Source: Octopus vulgaris (Eukaryota). Taken from it: DNA of 64,000 nt. The stretch lies in contig OX597819.1 of assembly GCA_951406725.2 (NCBI GenBank), forward strand, positions 2,666,001-2,730,000, in the 5' to 3' direction. The notes beneath the pieces are model-generated. The model had not been told where the DNA came from and searched no databases. It saw only the letters and a list, made by a program, of their open reading frames with translations. Position numbers and translations under genes: made by a program. This document shows, one piece after another, positions 26,701-40,900 of this stretch (position 1 is its first letter; every line of letters starts with the position of its first letter).

Positions 26701-27559
26701 GAAAAATACTTGGAAAACGCAAATAAATAAATGTAAAATTTGAGACCTTGGTCAGAGCTGTCCTAAAGGCACAACACACAGACAATTGACCTTGGTACCT
26801 GTACAACAGATACAAGAATTTCAATTCTGCAACTTGACCTCTAAACTATGACTTTGTATTTTAGTGCATGGTCTCTACCTTCCACACCTTTCACTTCCCA
26901 AACATTATCCAGCAGACCATGCCCACTCTACCTATATCCTCTCATACATAAATCCACCTATCTTTCTATCTTCCTTGGTGTCATCTATTTTTCCTTCCAT
27001 TCCTCCATCTATTCATCTATCAATCTAGATCTCTTCCTCTATCTTCCTGTTTACCTTCCGATCCATCTATCCAGTCAACTAGCAAAATGTTTGTCCGTCT
27101 ACCTGTCTGTCTTTCCCTCTACCTGTCTGTTTGTCATGCTTCCTCACTTTCTTTTGTTTGTTAATTTTCTTTACTTTTCTTTTCATTCCTTTTGTTTCTC
27201 TCTTTCTCCATTCCTTCCTTTCTCTCTTTCTTTCCTTTTGCTATTCTCTTCTCCCTTTCTTTCTCTCTTTCTGTTTTCCAAACTTGTCTCCGTTCCCATT
27301 AAGCAAAGAGAGAAAACACCTTGGGTGAAAATCTAGTTCATCCCACCTTCTCTATTTCACTAACATAACCACAATAGACTAACTCTTAATAATTTTTGCT
27401 TTCTTCCATGATGGAAACTTTCATGCGAACCAAGACAACCTGAAAAACTTTGTATACAACTAAAACATAATACATAAAACTATTTGTAACCAATTATATC
27501 TTAATGGTTGCTTGTATCACACAAACTTCACCCATCCAACACCATCCATCTGCATTACA

Positions 27560-27800
27560 TGACAGACATATAATGCTGGATCATAACAGATGATGAAGTG
27601 CTCGGAAATTTATGCAGGAAGAATGAGTGGAAGGTGGAAAACCAAGGAAGATATAGAAAAACTGGTGAAAGCTGATTTCACTCAGGATGCTAAGATTACA
27701 AAAGAAATAACAAAGGAATGCAACAAGTGGTGGGATGCTGTGTACAAAAGTAATCATCTCACCTGTGTGACAATGGAAAGAATAGATGTAAAACACTGAG
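27560..27800 (+). mobile_element. Decayed RTE 3' fragment
   Basis: GR..T.E..EKLVKAD....KITKEITKECNKWWDAV resembles the RTE ORF2 C-terminus. Confidence 0.45.
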
Positions 27801-28239
27801 ACATATATATATACCTATATATATATATATTGTCAGTAAATCATACATCTGAAAAAGAAGCACATTCTAAGTTATAGAGCGGTAGAGTATAGTTATGGCC
27901 AGTTCAAAAGGCTGTCCAGTGTTTTGCATCCGTAAAGTGCTTACCTTTATATAAATCTCATCAGACCCCAATGGCTGATGGCCTGTAACCTCTCTTCAAA
28001 ATGGAGGGAGAAAAGGCTTCATAGCTAGTTTTTGAACACACAAAGAAGAAAGGTCAAGCACAAGGGATTGTCTTTCTTAGACCACTATCCGGAATCCACT
28101 CTTTCAGCTTGCAGGTCCCAGGATTTCAGTAGGAATCACCTAAAGTGTAAGCAGGGTCCAAAGACTTCCAAGTGAGTTCTTTAATATCCTCGGCCATTCC
28201 ACTATGAATAGCTTGCAAAGTTTGCTCCCCTTTATGGAC

Positions 28240-28560
28240 ATAGCTCAATGGTTAGCATGTAGGGCTCACAATCATGTGGTAGTGATTTCAATTTCTGGAC
28301 CAGGCTGTGTGTTGTGTTCTTGAGCAAGACACTTTATATCACATTGATCTAGTTCACTCAGCTGTAGAAATGAGTTGCAATGTCATTGGTACCAAGCTGT
28401 ATCGGTCTTTGCCTTTCCCTTGGATAACATCAGTGGTGTGGAGAGGAGAGGTTGGTATGCATGGGCAACTGGTGGTCTTCCATAAACAACCTTACCTGGA
28501 TATGTGCTTCAGAAGTTAACTTTCTAGGTGCAATCCTATGGTCATTCATGAACGAGGTGG
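28240..28560 (+). mobile_element. tRNA-head SINE, family C (related copies at 20340-20590, 28600-28790, 50290-50470)
   Basis: TAGCTCAATGGTTAG head and shared TTGTGTTCTTGAGCAAGACACTT motif. Confidence 0.6.
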
Positions 28561-29152
28561 GGTGTCTTTACCTTTTTTTACACACATTACACAAAGTTTA
28601 GTGGTCAGGGTGTTGTGCACAGGATCACAAGATTATGACTTCAATTCCTGAACCAGGCAGTGCATTGATTTTTGAGCAAAACACTTCATTTCTCACTGCT
28701 CCAGTCCACTCAGTTGTAAAGGAGTAACTTTGCAACAGACCAGCATCCCGTCCTGTTCAAGGGGTATGTTGTGATTTTGGTCACTTATTCTTCATGGAAA
28801 CTGAGTAACCATTCCTTTGAGTTCTAGAACTCAAAGCAATAATATCCACTCTAGAGACATATAAGAAAAAAAAAAATAATATAACTAATATTGGTTTCAC
28901 ATTTTGGCACAAGGCTTGCAATTTCAAGATAAGGGATAAGTCAATTACACTGACCCTAATGATCAACTGGTACTTATTTCACCCGGCCCTGGAAGGATGA
29001 AAGGCAAAGTTGACCACTGTAGAATTTAAACTCAGAACATAAAGACAGACTATAGCCTCTAAACATTTTGCCCGGCACACTAATGATTTGGTCAGATCAC
29101 CACCTTAATAATATAAGTAATATAAGAAGCAAAAATAAACAAAGAACAGTAC

Positions 29153-29240
29153 CTCAAAGCCACAATCAAATGGTGGCTTTACACTTGGGTCATATTTTCC
29201 TGCTGTAAAATTAATGTCTGATGCATTAATTCCAACAAAT
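29153..29240 (-). CDS. PTGR3: PTGR3 coding exon 2 ([30 protein letters not shown])
   Basis: ttctag|A TTT GTT...TTT GAG|gtactg; 88 nt. Near-identical to the ZADH2 motif [29 protein letters not shown]. Confidence 0.95.
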
Positions 29241-29607
29241 CTAGAACAAAATAAAAAGAAAATTAAGTACCTTGTACAATTAATTTTATCAATTATTCAG
29301 TTGTTGTTTATTTTAGGGGAGATGCTAAGGTCTTATTTTCCTTACATTTTTAAATATTTTTTACTTGTCATTTCAGTTGAAGTTGTACTCTTTCTGATAA
29401 AACTCTAATCCGCAGTGTGCTCCCATAAATATACATACAGTCATCTAATTCTTCATGCTCTTCACAGATGGAAAGTATTACATACCAATGCTGTTATCTA
29501 ATATCAGGCTTTCCAATATCTAATGCAAAACCAGTTGGTAAGATCAGCTGAAATTGTTATCTATAATACTGCATACTTTGATTAATATATAAATATTCTT
29601 TTATTCT

Positions 29608-30000
29608 TCTTTTACTTGTTTCAGACATTAGACTGCAGCCATGCTGGGGTACCATCTTGAAGAAATTTAGTCGAATCAATTGACCCTAGTACATTTTTTT
29701 GCTTGTTAAGCATGGCATTTATTCTATTGGTCTTTTTTGCCAAACTCCTAAGTTACAGGGTCGTAAACAAACCAACACCAATTGTCAAATGGTGGTGGGG
29801 GACAAACACAGACAGATACATACACACACACACACACATACATAAACAATGAGCTTCTTTCAGTTTCTGTTAACCAAATCCACTCAAGACTTTGGCCAGC
29901 CCAAGGTTATAGTAGAAGACATTTGCCCAAGGTGCCACAGAGTGGGACTGAGTCTGGAACCATGTGGTTGGGAAGCAAGCTTCTTACCACACAGCCATTC
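29608..30000 (-). mobile_element. SINE family A
   Basis: Reverse-complement match. Confidence 0.85.
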
Positions 30001-30689
30001 TTGATACATATGTACACAGAAACAAAATTTAGGCTAACAACATAGATAACCAGAATGCTATATCTCAAACTACTGACTTCTGTGTTAGATCTCATTGTAA
30101 TTCAGAAACAATTGAAGACATTATCCTCATTATTAGTAGATATTTAAAAATGCTATCAAAATACTATTTCTCTATTAATTATGATGTAGTAATGAAAACA
30201 TTAAACAATTCTTCTCAAAGAAATGTATATAAAAACAGTGTAGAAGAAACTACACTGACATGGAACACATAAACATTCACAATTTGAAGCAGTAGTAGTG
30301 GAATGTTCCTATCAAAAGATCAGTGAAATACAAGTAGAACAGTCCAAACATAGTTCTCTGGAAAAGTGAGAATATACTGGCTGCTGTAGAAGTTACTTGC
30401 TTAGTAAGCATTAGCATCAATTCAAAAATGCCTCTGAAGAACTGAAGAGAAATCTATATTCTACAACACTATAACTTCATACATACACATACACATATCA
30501 AAAGATATAAATACAAATATAATGACATGCATACATTCAAGCATACGGAACTGTATGCTTATAGATTCACACACATACACACACACACACACATGTATAC
30601 ATACAATGTGGTGTCAAAATCAGTCACCTCAGTAAAAAGGAGTTGTTTTGTTGTTTGTTTTCAAAATAATGAAATCTATCCCTAAAACT

Positions 30690-32480
30690 TTAGCCATTGA
30701 TACAAACCTGATAAAAAAATGGTTATCTTCTTCAGATCTTTGACTCACTTCAAAACAGGAAATTCATATCATAGAACCATTGGTGGTCCCAGGCAGTTTG
30801 GTATTGAAAGAGTTATGAAAGTAAAGCAGCACCACTTGAATCTGTTGACTATATGACTAGACTATAGTAAAGCTTTTAACTCTGTCCCTTAATCATGGAT
30901 ACAAGAGTCACTATGCTTTACTAAGGTCCCCTCTGCTATAATCGATACCATTAAGAGATTGGCAATGACATTGTCTTCAAAGCAATCAATAAGAACTAAA
31001 GATACTATTGTAGTCACTAACAGAATTAGGCTAACAACCAGAATATTTCAAAGTGACAGCTTATTTGTAATGCTTTTCATCCTAACTGCGAACCCCGTCA
31101 GTCTTGTTAAGAAAATGCAAAGGTTATATAACAATATCTGCTGAAGAAGCAGATTTATATCACCCACACCTTTTTGTTCATGACCTTACGCTGTATTTGA
31201 GTAATATTTATATCATAACATGAAAAGACAGAACTGAACACATTTTTGTGGGACATTGGAATAGAATTTAGTCAGGATAAGTGTTCGTATTTGGCAGTAA
31301 AACGAGGAAAGATTATTGACCAGACAAAGAATATGAATATAAATGGCCTGTCTATCTCTTCTATCATCAGTGATGAATATTACAAATAACTTGGAATCCA
31401 CAAGAATATTGCATGTGTTGGTGTGGTGAGTGAAGCCACAGAAACAAAAGACTACTTCAGCAGAGCTGTCTGTATTCAATAAAGCCATAGAGCACAATGC
31501 TTTTGTAGTAGCACAAGAGTCAGTACCGACATTTGGGATAACAGACTGAGCACTTGAAGAAATCTGCAACTTGGACATTAGGACTAGAAAGACACAAAAA
31601 AACTATTTGGTATCTTCCACATTAACAGTGACAATGACAGGATCTATGTTGGAAGCCATCTTGATGATCTTTGAGTGCTGCATTATATCAGTTAGACTTT
31701 ATTTGATGAACAATATAGAGAGAAAAAAGTACACCATGTATGTACTCAACAGCAAAAGAATAACATCATGAGATAATGCAAAGAACTCTAAATGGGCACA
31801 CTGAATATACAACTGTTCTGTGTGAACAAAGAGTGGTTGGCTTGACCAACTCAACCAGAGACTTGGGGAAGAAATCATCATACCAACAGGAAGTTACACA
31901 TGAGTACACATCCTGCATGCTAGAGAATACTAACAACAAAGACAGGAATAGTAGCCTCATCAGGATTTGTGATAAATACATCACACCTCACCTAGAAAAG
32001 ACAGCAGCTAAATATCAGGTGGAAAATATCACCTGCATCATCAGCAGATGCCAAAAATGTCTGCAAGATACTACATTCCCATGAGACACAATATAGTTGA
32101 CAATACCATTCACAATGTTTGAAGGATTGTTCTGATGATTGTGCTAAAGGCATACCAGAATCAGAATGTATCCACACCTTTACAATAACGGTTACTGATA
32201 GAACATTCCAATGAATGCAACATGGTGCAAACAATACATGAGATAGTGTTCTATGGGAGTGGGAGCAAAATTCATGCACTATTCTGAAGATCAACAGTGC
32301 AATGGATGTGAATAGCTCATCAAAAATTGAAGAGAAAGAGGACTTTATGGAGAACTTATGAGAAACCTAAAGATCTTATATCTAGGTTCAGTGCACTGGG
32401 CTATATAACAGATTTACATAAAAGCCTAGAAATGTTGGGGTCTCCAAAAATGAGCAAAGAAAACTAACTCACATTCTCTA
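30690..32480 (+). mobile_element. Highly decayed R4/Dong-like non-LTR retrotransposon (RT, zinc knuckle, RLE)
   Basis: Fragmented motifs LDYSKAFNSVP, RIFQSDSLF, DKCSYL, LDIRTRK..SFHINSDNDRIY, E.I..IISRC..RHN.V, K.EEK..Y.EL, GALGY. Many stops and frameshifts. Confidence 0.6.
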
Positions 32481-32823
32481 ACTACCATTGATTAGGGATA
32501 CAGTGAAAATTTGTGAGACATTCCAGTGATTCTCATTTGAGATTCCTGGGCTGAACACATACACACAGTCACGTGTACACATAGAATACACATACACATT
32601 TTGTTTTAGATGTGTATGTTTTGCAAGAAACAGCTAAGTTCTTTTTTTCTCTAGCATTTTACATAGTCTGTTGGATACACATAGAATACACATACACATC
32701 TAACAGTCATGAAGCACACACTTGTGTACAAAAGAGACATGCATGCCTGCTACATATCTACACACTTATCCACAAGAATAACACACACAGGTGCACATGT
32801 GCACACACATGCACGCACATTCA

Positions 32824-32884
<61 letters not shown>

Positions 32885-33838
32885 ATCCAATTTGGATATC
32901 CACAAGAATTGTCTTAACTTAAACAAAAGAGTCTTGCCATTTTGTTAAAGACTACTTTGAATTCTGCAGATGAAAATACTTAAATAATCCAAAAAGTAAA
33001 ACATGCATGCTTGCTCATTTATCCAACAACTTCAATGGTGGTGGGCGTCTTCAATTGTCGGTTTTGTACTGTACTTCTTAAAGAGCAGCAGGAATGGAGT
33101 ACACAACTGTATGGGAGAAAGGAGTACTGCAACTACTGCTGCTTTGTTGCACTTATCACATACCTTTATGAATAAGAAAACTATGGATGTGGGCATTAAT
33201 TTTAATATTGCATATGCCAGTTACCTTGATATCCACAACAGCAATGACCATCCCTGATATCCATGATCCATATTGCAAGAGAAAATACCTACACAATGAA
33301 GTTTTATAATGGAAATGGGATTTCCATTACCCAGTATCATTAACTTTGCTGTGAAAAGGATAGATTCTATGGCATGTTTGATCTGCAGTAGGCTACCAAA
33401 AATCCAGTCTGTTGGAAACTGCCTTGAAGCTGACTACTATGCCTTGTTTCTCTCTTAGGATGCACTCTATTAGCTTTTACTTTCCTGGACTTACCCAAAA
33501 AACAAGATAATGGTTTATTATTGCGTTAAAGCTTTACATGAATTGTATCTTATCTAATGCTTTTCTATTTTTACATTCATGTCTCTTTCCTTAGTGGTTC
33601 TTTTTAAGCTTTATGATGGTGAAAAAATTATTCCAAAGTATTCCCCTGAAAGTAAATGGCTGCCCCTCAGGCCTCAGCTTTGAATTTTAGGTATTTATTT
33701 ATAGAGATATGAACACAAGAACCTTAAACAGTGAACTTTGTTGCATATTGTCTGATCAGAGTAAATGTCTGTCAGTCTGTCGTTTGCAAAAACAGATAGA
33801 TGGACAGAAAGAGAGATGGCCAAACAGACAGTTTAATA

Positions 33839-34188
33839 CAGGGATTCTCGACCATTTTTTATCTATGGGCCCCTTTGATTACTATTTTATTCTGGTGGAC
33901 CCCACCCACCATAGCCATTCAATGTTTGAAAACTGGTTTTATAGAAACTTCTTAGAAAATTCCTATTTTGTTATTCACACATTAACTTGTGTCGGTTGAA
34001 CTATGTAAGATGCTAGAGAAAAAAAGAACTTAGCTGTTTCTTGCAAAACATACACATCTAAAACAAAATGTTTTCAGGGACCCTTAAAATACTGCTGCAG
34101 ATCTCTGATTTACTATATTATTGTATGAACCTCAAAAAATTTTATATGGACTCACAGGGGCCATATGAATCCTGATTGAGAACCACTG
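33839..34188. mobile_element. hAT-type MITE (350 bp)
   Basis: TIRs CAGGGATTCTCGACC / GATTGAGAACCACTG; flanks GTTTAATA and ATCTAATA (6/8), consistent with an aged 8-bp TSD. Confidence 0.7.
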
Positions 34189-34849
34189 ATCTAATAGATA
34201 GATGGATCACTTCCCTTAAGTAAAAGACAACATTATAAAGTAGCAAGAACTCTCTAAACCTCACTAGTGCTGATGTTATGATAAACTGAATCCAGTAAAG
34301 TGGTTGGTGAGTGAGCAGAGACAACATAAAGTTGAGAAGACTTTTAGTCTTGTCTAGAACATGACAACCACTTTGGTGCTGGTGCCATATAAGATGCACT
34401 CTGTACACTCTGTAAAGTGGCCAGTGTTAGGAAACACATCTAGCTACAGAAACTAAGCCAAAAATGAATGTGCAAGCAAGACATTGTCCTCCAATGTATC
34501 TGTACAAGAGCTGACACAGACTATGTCAGTCTACTCAACCCTTGCCAGCATTAAAAGCATGTGTATTACACTCACATCATAATTATCATTATTTATTCTT
34601 TTAACTCAGATTTTGTTAGAACTCCTAGAACCTTGCATGTTCTCTTCAACTATCTAGTACTTTCTTGATAATTCTGGTCATGCCAAGGAGGAAAACTTTT
34701 TGCAACAGCTCTACTGGACACTGTATTCCCATTTTCTTCAAGTTCTTCTCAATATCTTTAGATACTGTCCCTGGTGGGAGTGTATATGCCACAGAATCAA
34801 AGAAACCAACCTAATGAATTTATGGCTTGAGAAGGGTATGGTAGGGTGG

Positions 34850-35035
34850 TTAGATAGCTAGGTATGTAGGGTAGCTAGCTAGGAAGGTAGGTAGGTAGTA
34901 GGTAGCTAGCCAGGCAAGCAGGCAGGCAGACAGGCAGATAAGCAGGCAGGTAGGTAAGTAGGTAGATAGGTAGGTAGGTAAGTATGTAGGTAGGTAGTTA
35001 AGTATGTAGGTAGATAGGTAAGTGGGTAGATTTCT
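34850..35035. repeat. (GGTA)/(GGCA) tetranucleotide array
   Basis: Direct reading. Confidence 0.9.
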
Positions 35036-35129
35036 GTGTATGTATCTGTGTTTGTGTTTATGTTTGTGTGTGAATACCCTCATCTTGAGATCATGCAATA
35101 GTTGCAAATGTAGGGAGAGAATTCACAAA

Positions 35130-38100
35130 GAAACAAAAGATGATGACAGATGGTGTAGACAACAAACAGATGTATTGGGATAACACTTGGGAAGTGGAAA
35201 AGTCTAAAACATTTTGAGCCTACGCTCTTCCACAAAAGGAATACAAAAAGAAACAAGGAGAGAAAATAAAGAATGTGTAGTGGCAAACGCCGGACAGAGG
35301 GCTCCCACAGAAGAGTTAGGAACAGGGGGATATAATAAAGTAGTGGTGATCCCAAAACGAAGGTGCACATGCATGTGTATAAGAGAATATGTATGTGTGT
35401 GTGTGGAAGAGGGCTGGTGACCTTGACGTGTGCATGTGTGTATGTGTAGGTGTGAAAATGTGGGGCTGGGAAGTGGTCAGTACTAGTGTGTGCATGGTGG
35501 TGTGATGTGATGTGTGATGTGTTGTGTGGTATGGTGGTGTATGGTATAGTGGTGTGGTGTGACGGTGTTGGGAGGTAGGGGAGGCAAGAGCGGGGAAAGC
35601 AAGGGTGGGGGTAGACGTAGGGTATGTGGGGTGGGATGGATAGGGAAAGTGGGGTTGGATTGTGTAGGGGTGGGCGGGATTACGAGGGAGGGGTGACGAT
35701 GAAGGGGTGGAAGGGAGAAGGTGGATAGGAGTGAAAAGAGAGGAGAGTAGGAGGGAAGAGAAGAAGTAGGAGTCAGAGCAAGAGAGGAGAGGTGGGTGGG
35801 AGGAAGTAGGTGTGAGAGGGAGAGAGGGGAGGGAAGGAGGTTAGATGAAGAGGGGAGGAGAGTTGTGCCCATGTGGCGCAAAGGAGCGAAGAGAGAAGAT
35901 TAATCCCTGTTCGTAGCACAAACGGGAGCCCGGATGGCCCCTATGCAAGGACAATCCGAACACAGACAGGTGTTGCAAAGAGTGACCGGTAGTGGAAATG
36001 GCGCGAGACTGGGGTGTCATTGCTGAGCTAAATGTCTCAGAAGTATTCTGCAAACCGGTCAGCCAAGCGGCATCCCATTTGCCCGATGTATAGGGAAGGG
36101 CAGAGGGAGCAGGAGATGCAGTAGATGACATTGGTAGAAGCACAGGTAAAGGAGTTGGTGATGTGAAAGGGTCAATGATGGGTTCTGGTGAGGAGGGTGG
36201 ATGGGAGCAGGGGAATGAGCCGGGTTGAGAGGCTGGGTTAGGGAAGAAGCTGTGAACCAAGAGGTTTCATAGGTTGTGGGCACGTTTGAAAGAGGGGAGG
36301 GGTAGGTTAGGAAAGATGTGCAAAGTGGAGGGGTTGGACTGGAGTCGCCGGAAGGCTTGGAGAATGGTGCAGTGGAAAGATAGGGTGGTGGGGTGTTAGG
36401 TGAGGAGACGAGAGATGGCAGGGCAGGTGTGGGGGAAGAGAGCAGATGCACGATCCATGGAATGTGCTCTGGCAAGGGCAGAGTGGATGAGGGCATGAGG
36501 GGATATCCACATAGGATGAAGTGGCAAGCCATGGGTTGAGACAGAGTCTCAAAGTCATGGTTGTCACTGCAGAGCCTGCGTAGACAGAGGAATTGGGAAT
36601 AGGAATTGAGAGCTTGGTGTGTTTAGGGTGGGAGGAAGAGAAGTTTAGGTATGAGTGTGAGTTTGTGTGTTTGTAGTGGATGGAGGTGGTGAGAGTGGAG
36701 TGATGAATGCTGACCGAAATGTAAAGAAAGGTAACTGAGGTGTCGGAAATAGTGCAGGATAAGTGAAGGGCAGGATGGAAAGATTTGAGAAAAGAGAGGA
36801 AGGGGTCTAGATGTTCGCGGGAGAGTGAGGTTGCACCGATACAGTCGTCGATATAACAGCCGTATAGTTCGGGAGTGGGACCAGTGAAGCTTGAGAATAT
36901 TTAGGCCTCAACATAGCCAACGAACAGGTTCGCACAGCTGGAGCCCATTCTCATTCCCATGGCCACTCCCGAGACCTGCTGGTAAAAATCACCAGTGAAC
37001 AAGAAGCAGTTGTGTGAGAGGACAAGTTCGGCCAGACAAATGAGTGTGGAAGTGTCGGGTTGGGGGTCAGGTCGAAGGTCAAGGAAATGTTGGAGCGCAC
37101 ACAGCCCCTCGTGGTGAGGGATCACCGCGTAAAGGTTGTGGATGTTGAGAGTGAAGAGAAGTTTAGAGGGGCCAGGAGGGAAGGAGAAAGAGTTGAACAA
37201 ACAAAGCACATGGTTTGTGTTATGGATGTGAGAGGGAAGGGAAGCCACTAGGGGATCAAGGACATGGTCAAGATATCTGGAGATGAGTTTGGTGGGGCAC
37301 TTGCAGACAGAGACAATGGGGCAGCCAGGTTTGTTGGGTTTGTGGATTTTGAGGAGGAAGTAAATAGTGGGGATGTGAGGGGTGCAAACAATGAGGTTGG
37401 AGGCGGTGAGGGGCAGACGGGAGGAGGAGATGCGGTCAGGGATAGTGGAGGACAGTCTGTTGGTAGCTGGGCTTGGGGTCAGAGGACAGAGGGCAGTAGA
37501 AGGAGGTGTCTTGAAGTTGGCACGCCACACCCCCATGACTCCACCCTTGTCAGCTGGTTTTATGACGATGTCAGTGCAGCGTCAGAGACATCGAAGGGCA
37601 GAGAGTTCGGCTGGGGAGATGTTCAGATGACAGGGACACCTGGAAAAGTTAAACCAGTCCACAGCACACTGGTAGGCACTCGCAAAAAGATCGAATCCTT
37701 GGAACTGGCCAGGAACTGGCGTCTACAGTCTGAAATTCATTGCTGGATGGAATGAGGGGGATGAAGCACAGACTCCTACTAGGGAGGGGGCACTCCGCCT
37801 CAGAGAGGGGAAGATCTGGAAGAATGTTAACAACAGACCGAAGTGGAGAAAGGGTGAATGGGATAGAAGTAGGAGGGGTGGTGGGGATGGTGGAAGACTG
37901 GGAAGGAGGGATGGAGGTGTGTTGTTTGGTGAGAGCGCGAAATTGATGAAAGAGATGATTTAAATGAATTATGGAATGAAACGTTTGCATGGGAGGGCGA
38001 CTGAGAGGAGAAGATGATGGAAAAAGCAAGAGGGAGAAGACAGTTGGTGGTGTATATTTTGGAGAGATTAGAGCAAATGGTGGCACGCATAAGGCAGTAG

Positions 38101-38160
38101 GAAGTAGCACAGAGGATGGTTGTAGCAGAGTGGAGAGTAGGGTGGAAATAGAGTTGTAAA
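35130..38160 (-). mobile_element. Penelope-like retroelement (RT + GIY-YIG), decayed, with terminal repeat
   Basis: ORF 36901-37536 has PLE RT motifs (LFTLNIHNLYAVIPH, YQQVSGVAMG, ANLFVGYVE), then YIDD-like and SSHPKHTK motifs. YIGQ...LADRFAE GIY-YIG near 36050-36100. Frameshifts and stops present. Decayed HHR copy at 35208-35236. Confidence 0.85.
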
Positions 38161-38919
38161 TGTATATCATTGTCACACATAGAGTGTCATTTGTTTCCAA
38201 TCTTCCATGAAAACATGTTTGACCATGGAGAAATATCACCATCCTTGAAAATAGGTAAGTGTTGACACCTAACCATAGAAAATCTGCCTCACTGGATTTC
38301 ATCAAACTCATGTGAGCATGAAAAAGTTGACTTTTAAGTGACTGAAGGACATAGTTTCCCTCCATCTTTGTGAAGTATTATTCTCATGCATGAATATAGT
38401 AAAATCTAAAACAAGAAATGTATTAATAAATGAGCACTAAGAAAATAATTTAACTCTATCATTGTTAGCAATATGTAGTACAAGTGTACTTATGATTGAT
38501 TTCAAATTAATCATTTTTCTTTTTCCTATTCATATCAATAACAACACGCAATGTAAATTACTAACACACCATTGAGACATGGTGCTCATATTAAAAACAT
38601 TGAACAAAATAAATATATTAGATTACTAGCATTGGTTTTGAATTGAATGATGTGTTGAGTACATATTTTCCAATTTTATTTTAACAAAAATAATTCTTGG
38701 GCAAGTAAAAACTCTTCGATATTTGCTCAAGATGTAAAATTTGTCATCTCTAACTGCCTCTCCAAAGCTAAGTTGTGGCTCTGACACACTTTTTATAAGG
38801 CAGATTGTATCCAAGAGTGCTTATATGAGTTTATTCCACTTCAATAATCTTATCAAAAATACTGGATGGGGCCCATAAAGAAATTATAACATTAAAAGCA
38901 GCCCTTCACTCACCATATC

Positions 38920-39450
38920 ATTATCATCATTTAACATTCATTCTCCATGTGGGTATGGGTTGGACAGTTTGACTGAAAACTGGTGTGCTGAGGAGCTGCA
39001 CCAAGTTGCAATCTGATTTGGCATGGTTTTCTACAGCTGGATACCATTCCTAATGCCAACTACTCCAAGGGTTTAGTGGGTGCTTTTTATGTGCCAGTTA
39101 CGTAACACCAGCATCAACAATGACTATGATCTCACTTGGTTTAACAGGTCTTCTCACGCATGATATATCACTAAGGGTCTCGGCCACTTGTCACTGCCTC
39201 TGTCAGCCCCAACGTTCAAAGAGTGCTTTTTACATGCCACCAGCACAAGTGCCAGCAATGGGACACTGGCATCGGCCATGACTATGACTATGGCTTCACT
39301 TGGTTTGATGGTCTTCTCAAGCACGGCATATTGCTCAACATTTGCAGGGTGATTATCATGTGCTACTAATACGGGTGTCAGTCATACAACACTAGTATTG
39401 GCCATGACTGTGGTTTCACTTGGCTTGACAGGTCTTCTCAAGCACAGCAT
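38920..39450 (-). mobile_element. RTE 3'-UTR copy with internally repeated segments
   Basis: (ATC)n tail, CATGGTTTTCTACAGCTGGAT motif, three repeats of CACTTGG..GGTCTTCTCA.GCA. Confidence 0.7.
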
Positions 39451-39539
39451 ATCTGAATGATATTAATACCTCATACAATCCATCCTTCAACCCATCTTCT
39501 CTGCCCAGTATTCCTGGGAAGGTCATGGGGGAAGAGTCC

Positions 39540-40010
39540 TTAGGCACCTTCTCCATAAGGTCCTATCAGAAGCAACCATCATTAGATTTTCTGGTTGGAT
39601 TTCCAAGCATGACCATCTAAGACTATGAATATCATCTAGCCATTTCATTCTTGGTCTACCTTAGTTTGGCTTAGCCAGTTTGGTTTAGCTTGAAGAATCC
39701 AGTTTGCAATTCTATCCTGCAACATTCTAATCATATGTCTGTAGCACCAGAACTCTGACTTCTCAATGCAGAGAAGTAGTACATTGACCAAAAGAGATTC
39801 CCTAATCTCCAAGCTACCCACACTGTTGTGTAAGGTGACTCCAGAGATCCTTCAGAGGAACCCCATTTCAGCTGTTTGTATCTACAATTGAAGACAATAG
39901 TTACCAAAATTAAGGGTATGATCTTGTAAGATCTGATCTCTCAATTCATTTCCATACCTTTTTGAGTAAATGTCTATAATGGTGCTTTCTACTGTCGACT
40001 CACAAATTTT
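39540..40010 (-). mobile_element. Decayed RTE ORF2 3' fragment (another subfamily)
   Basis: IQTAEMGFL.RISGVTL...EIRESL...LLL.IEKS....HMIRM and GRPRMKWLDDI remnants. Confidence 0.6.
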
Positions 40011-40589
40011 AACTCAAGAATGCATACTTCCATAAATATTCACACAAGCATAACTGGCTATCATATATCTGCAAACATTCCAATCACTTTTACAATATAC
40101 TTGTGAGCAGTTTTTCTTTTCTTTCCTTTTTTTTCTCATGAATTGATATTTCACATGTAATGAATCATATTCAGCTCCTTCCCCTAGAGTGGAGTGAGTA
40201 GGATTAGAAACGTCTTCCTTGTAAGTTGTTTTTGTCATGTGACACTAATTATGATTCAAGCTGAAATGCATATAAATTGATGACTTGATAGTTCCACACT
40301 TATTACAGCCAATTAGCATTTACCCCCCACTCTACCCCACTCCACTCAAATTATTTATTCTGTCTTATAAGGTATTGTTATTGGTGATAAATAGTCAGTG
40401 TGAATTTAAATTTTGTCTAGCTTAGTTGCCAGTTATGTCAATTAAGTGCAATAATTTTGAAAGCTAGCAACATTGAGCAGTTCCTTTGCCCAGCTTTATC
40501 AATGATTTTAAATCAATATTATAAAGTACATTAAAGCAACACCTTCCACAATGGCTGGTACTAATAAAAGAAAGAGTTGTTAGCAAAAG

Positions 40590-40900
40590 TACTTTGTTTG
40601 GCAGATATTTTTTTTTCTTTTTATGGAGCTCAACCAAAAGTATGTGTGTCTTATTTGTAAAGATTCAGTCGGCGTTTATAATGAGAATACTGTCAAACAC
40701 CACTATTTAACTAATTATAATAAGGAATATGAAAATATGAAAGGGACTTTGCTTTTAGACAAACTAGCATTTTTTCTTTTAAATCAGCAAATTATTTTCA
40801 AGAGACATATTAATGAAAATCTGTCCATAACACAAGCTTTGAAGTGTGTGAGCTAATTTAAAAGAAAGTGAAGCTACACTTTGAAGGTGGGTTTGTTAAA
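40590..40900 (+). mobile_element. hAT (Charlie/SPIN/GTF2IRD2-like) transposase N-terminal remnant
   Basis: FFMELNQKYVCLICKDSVGVYNENTVKHHYLT..Y resembles VCLIC...V.KEYNL.RHY of that family. Confidence 0.55.
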
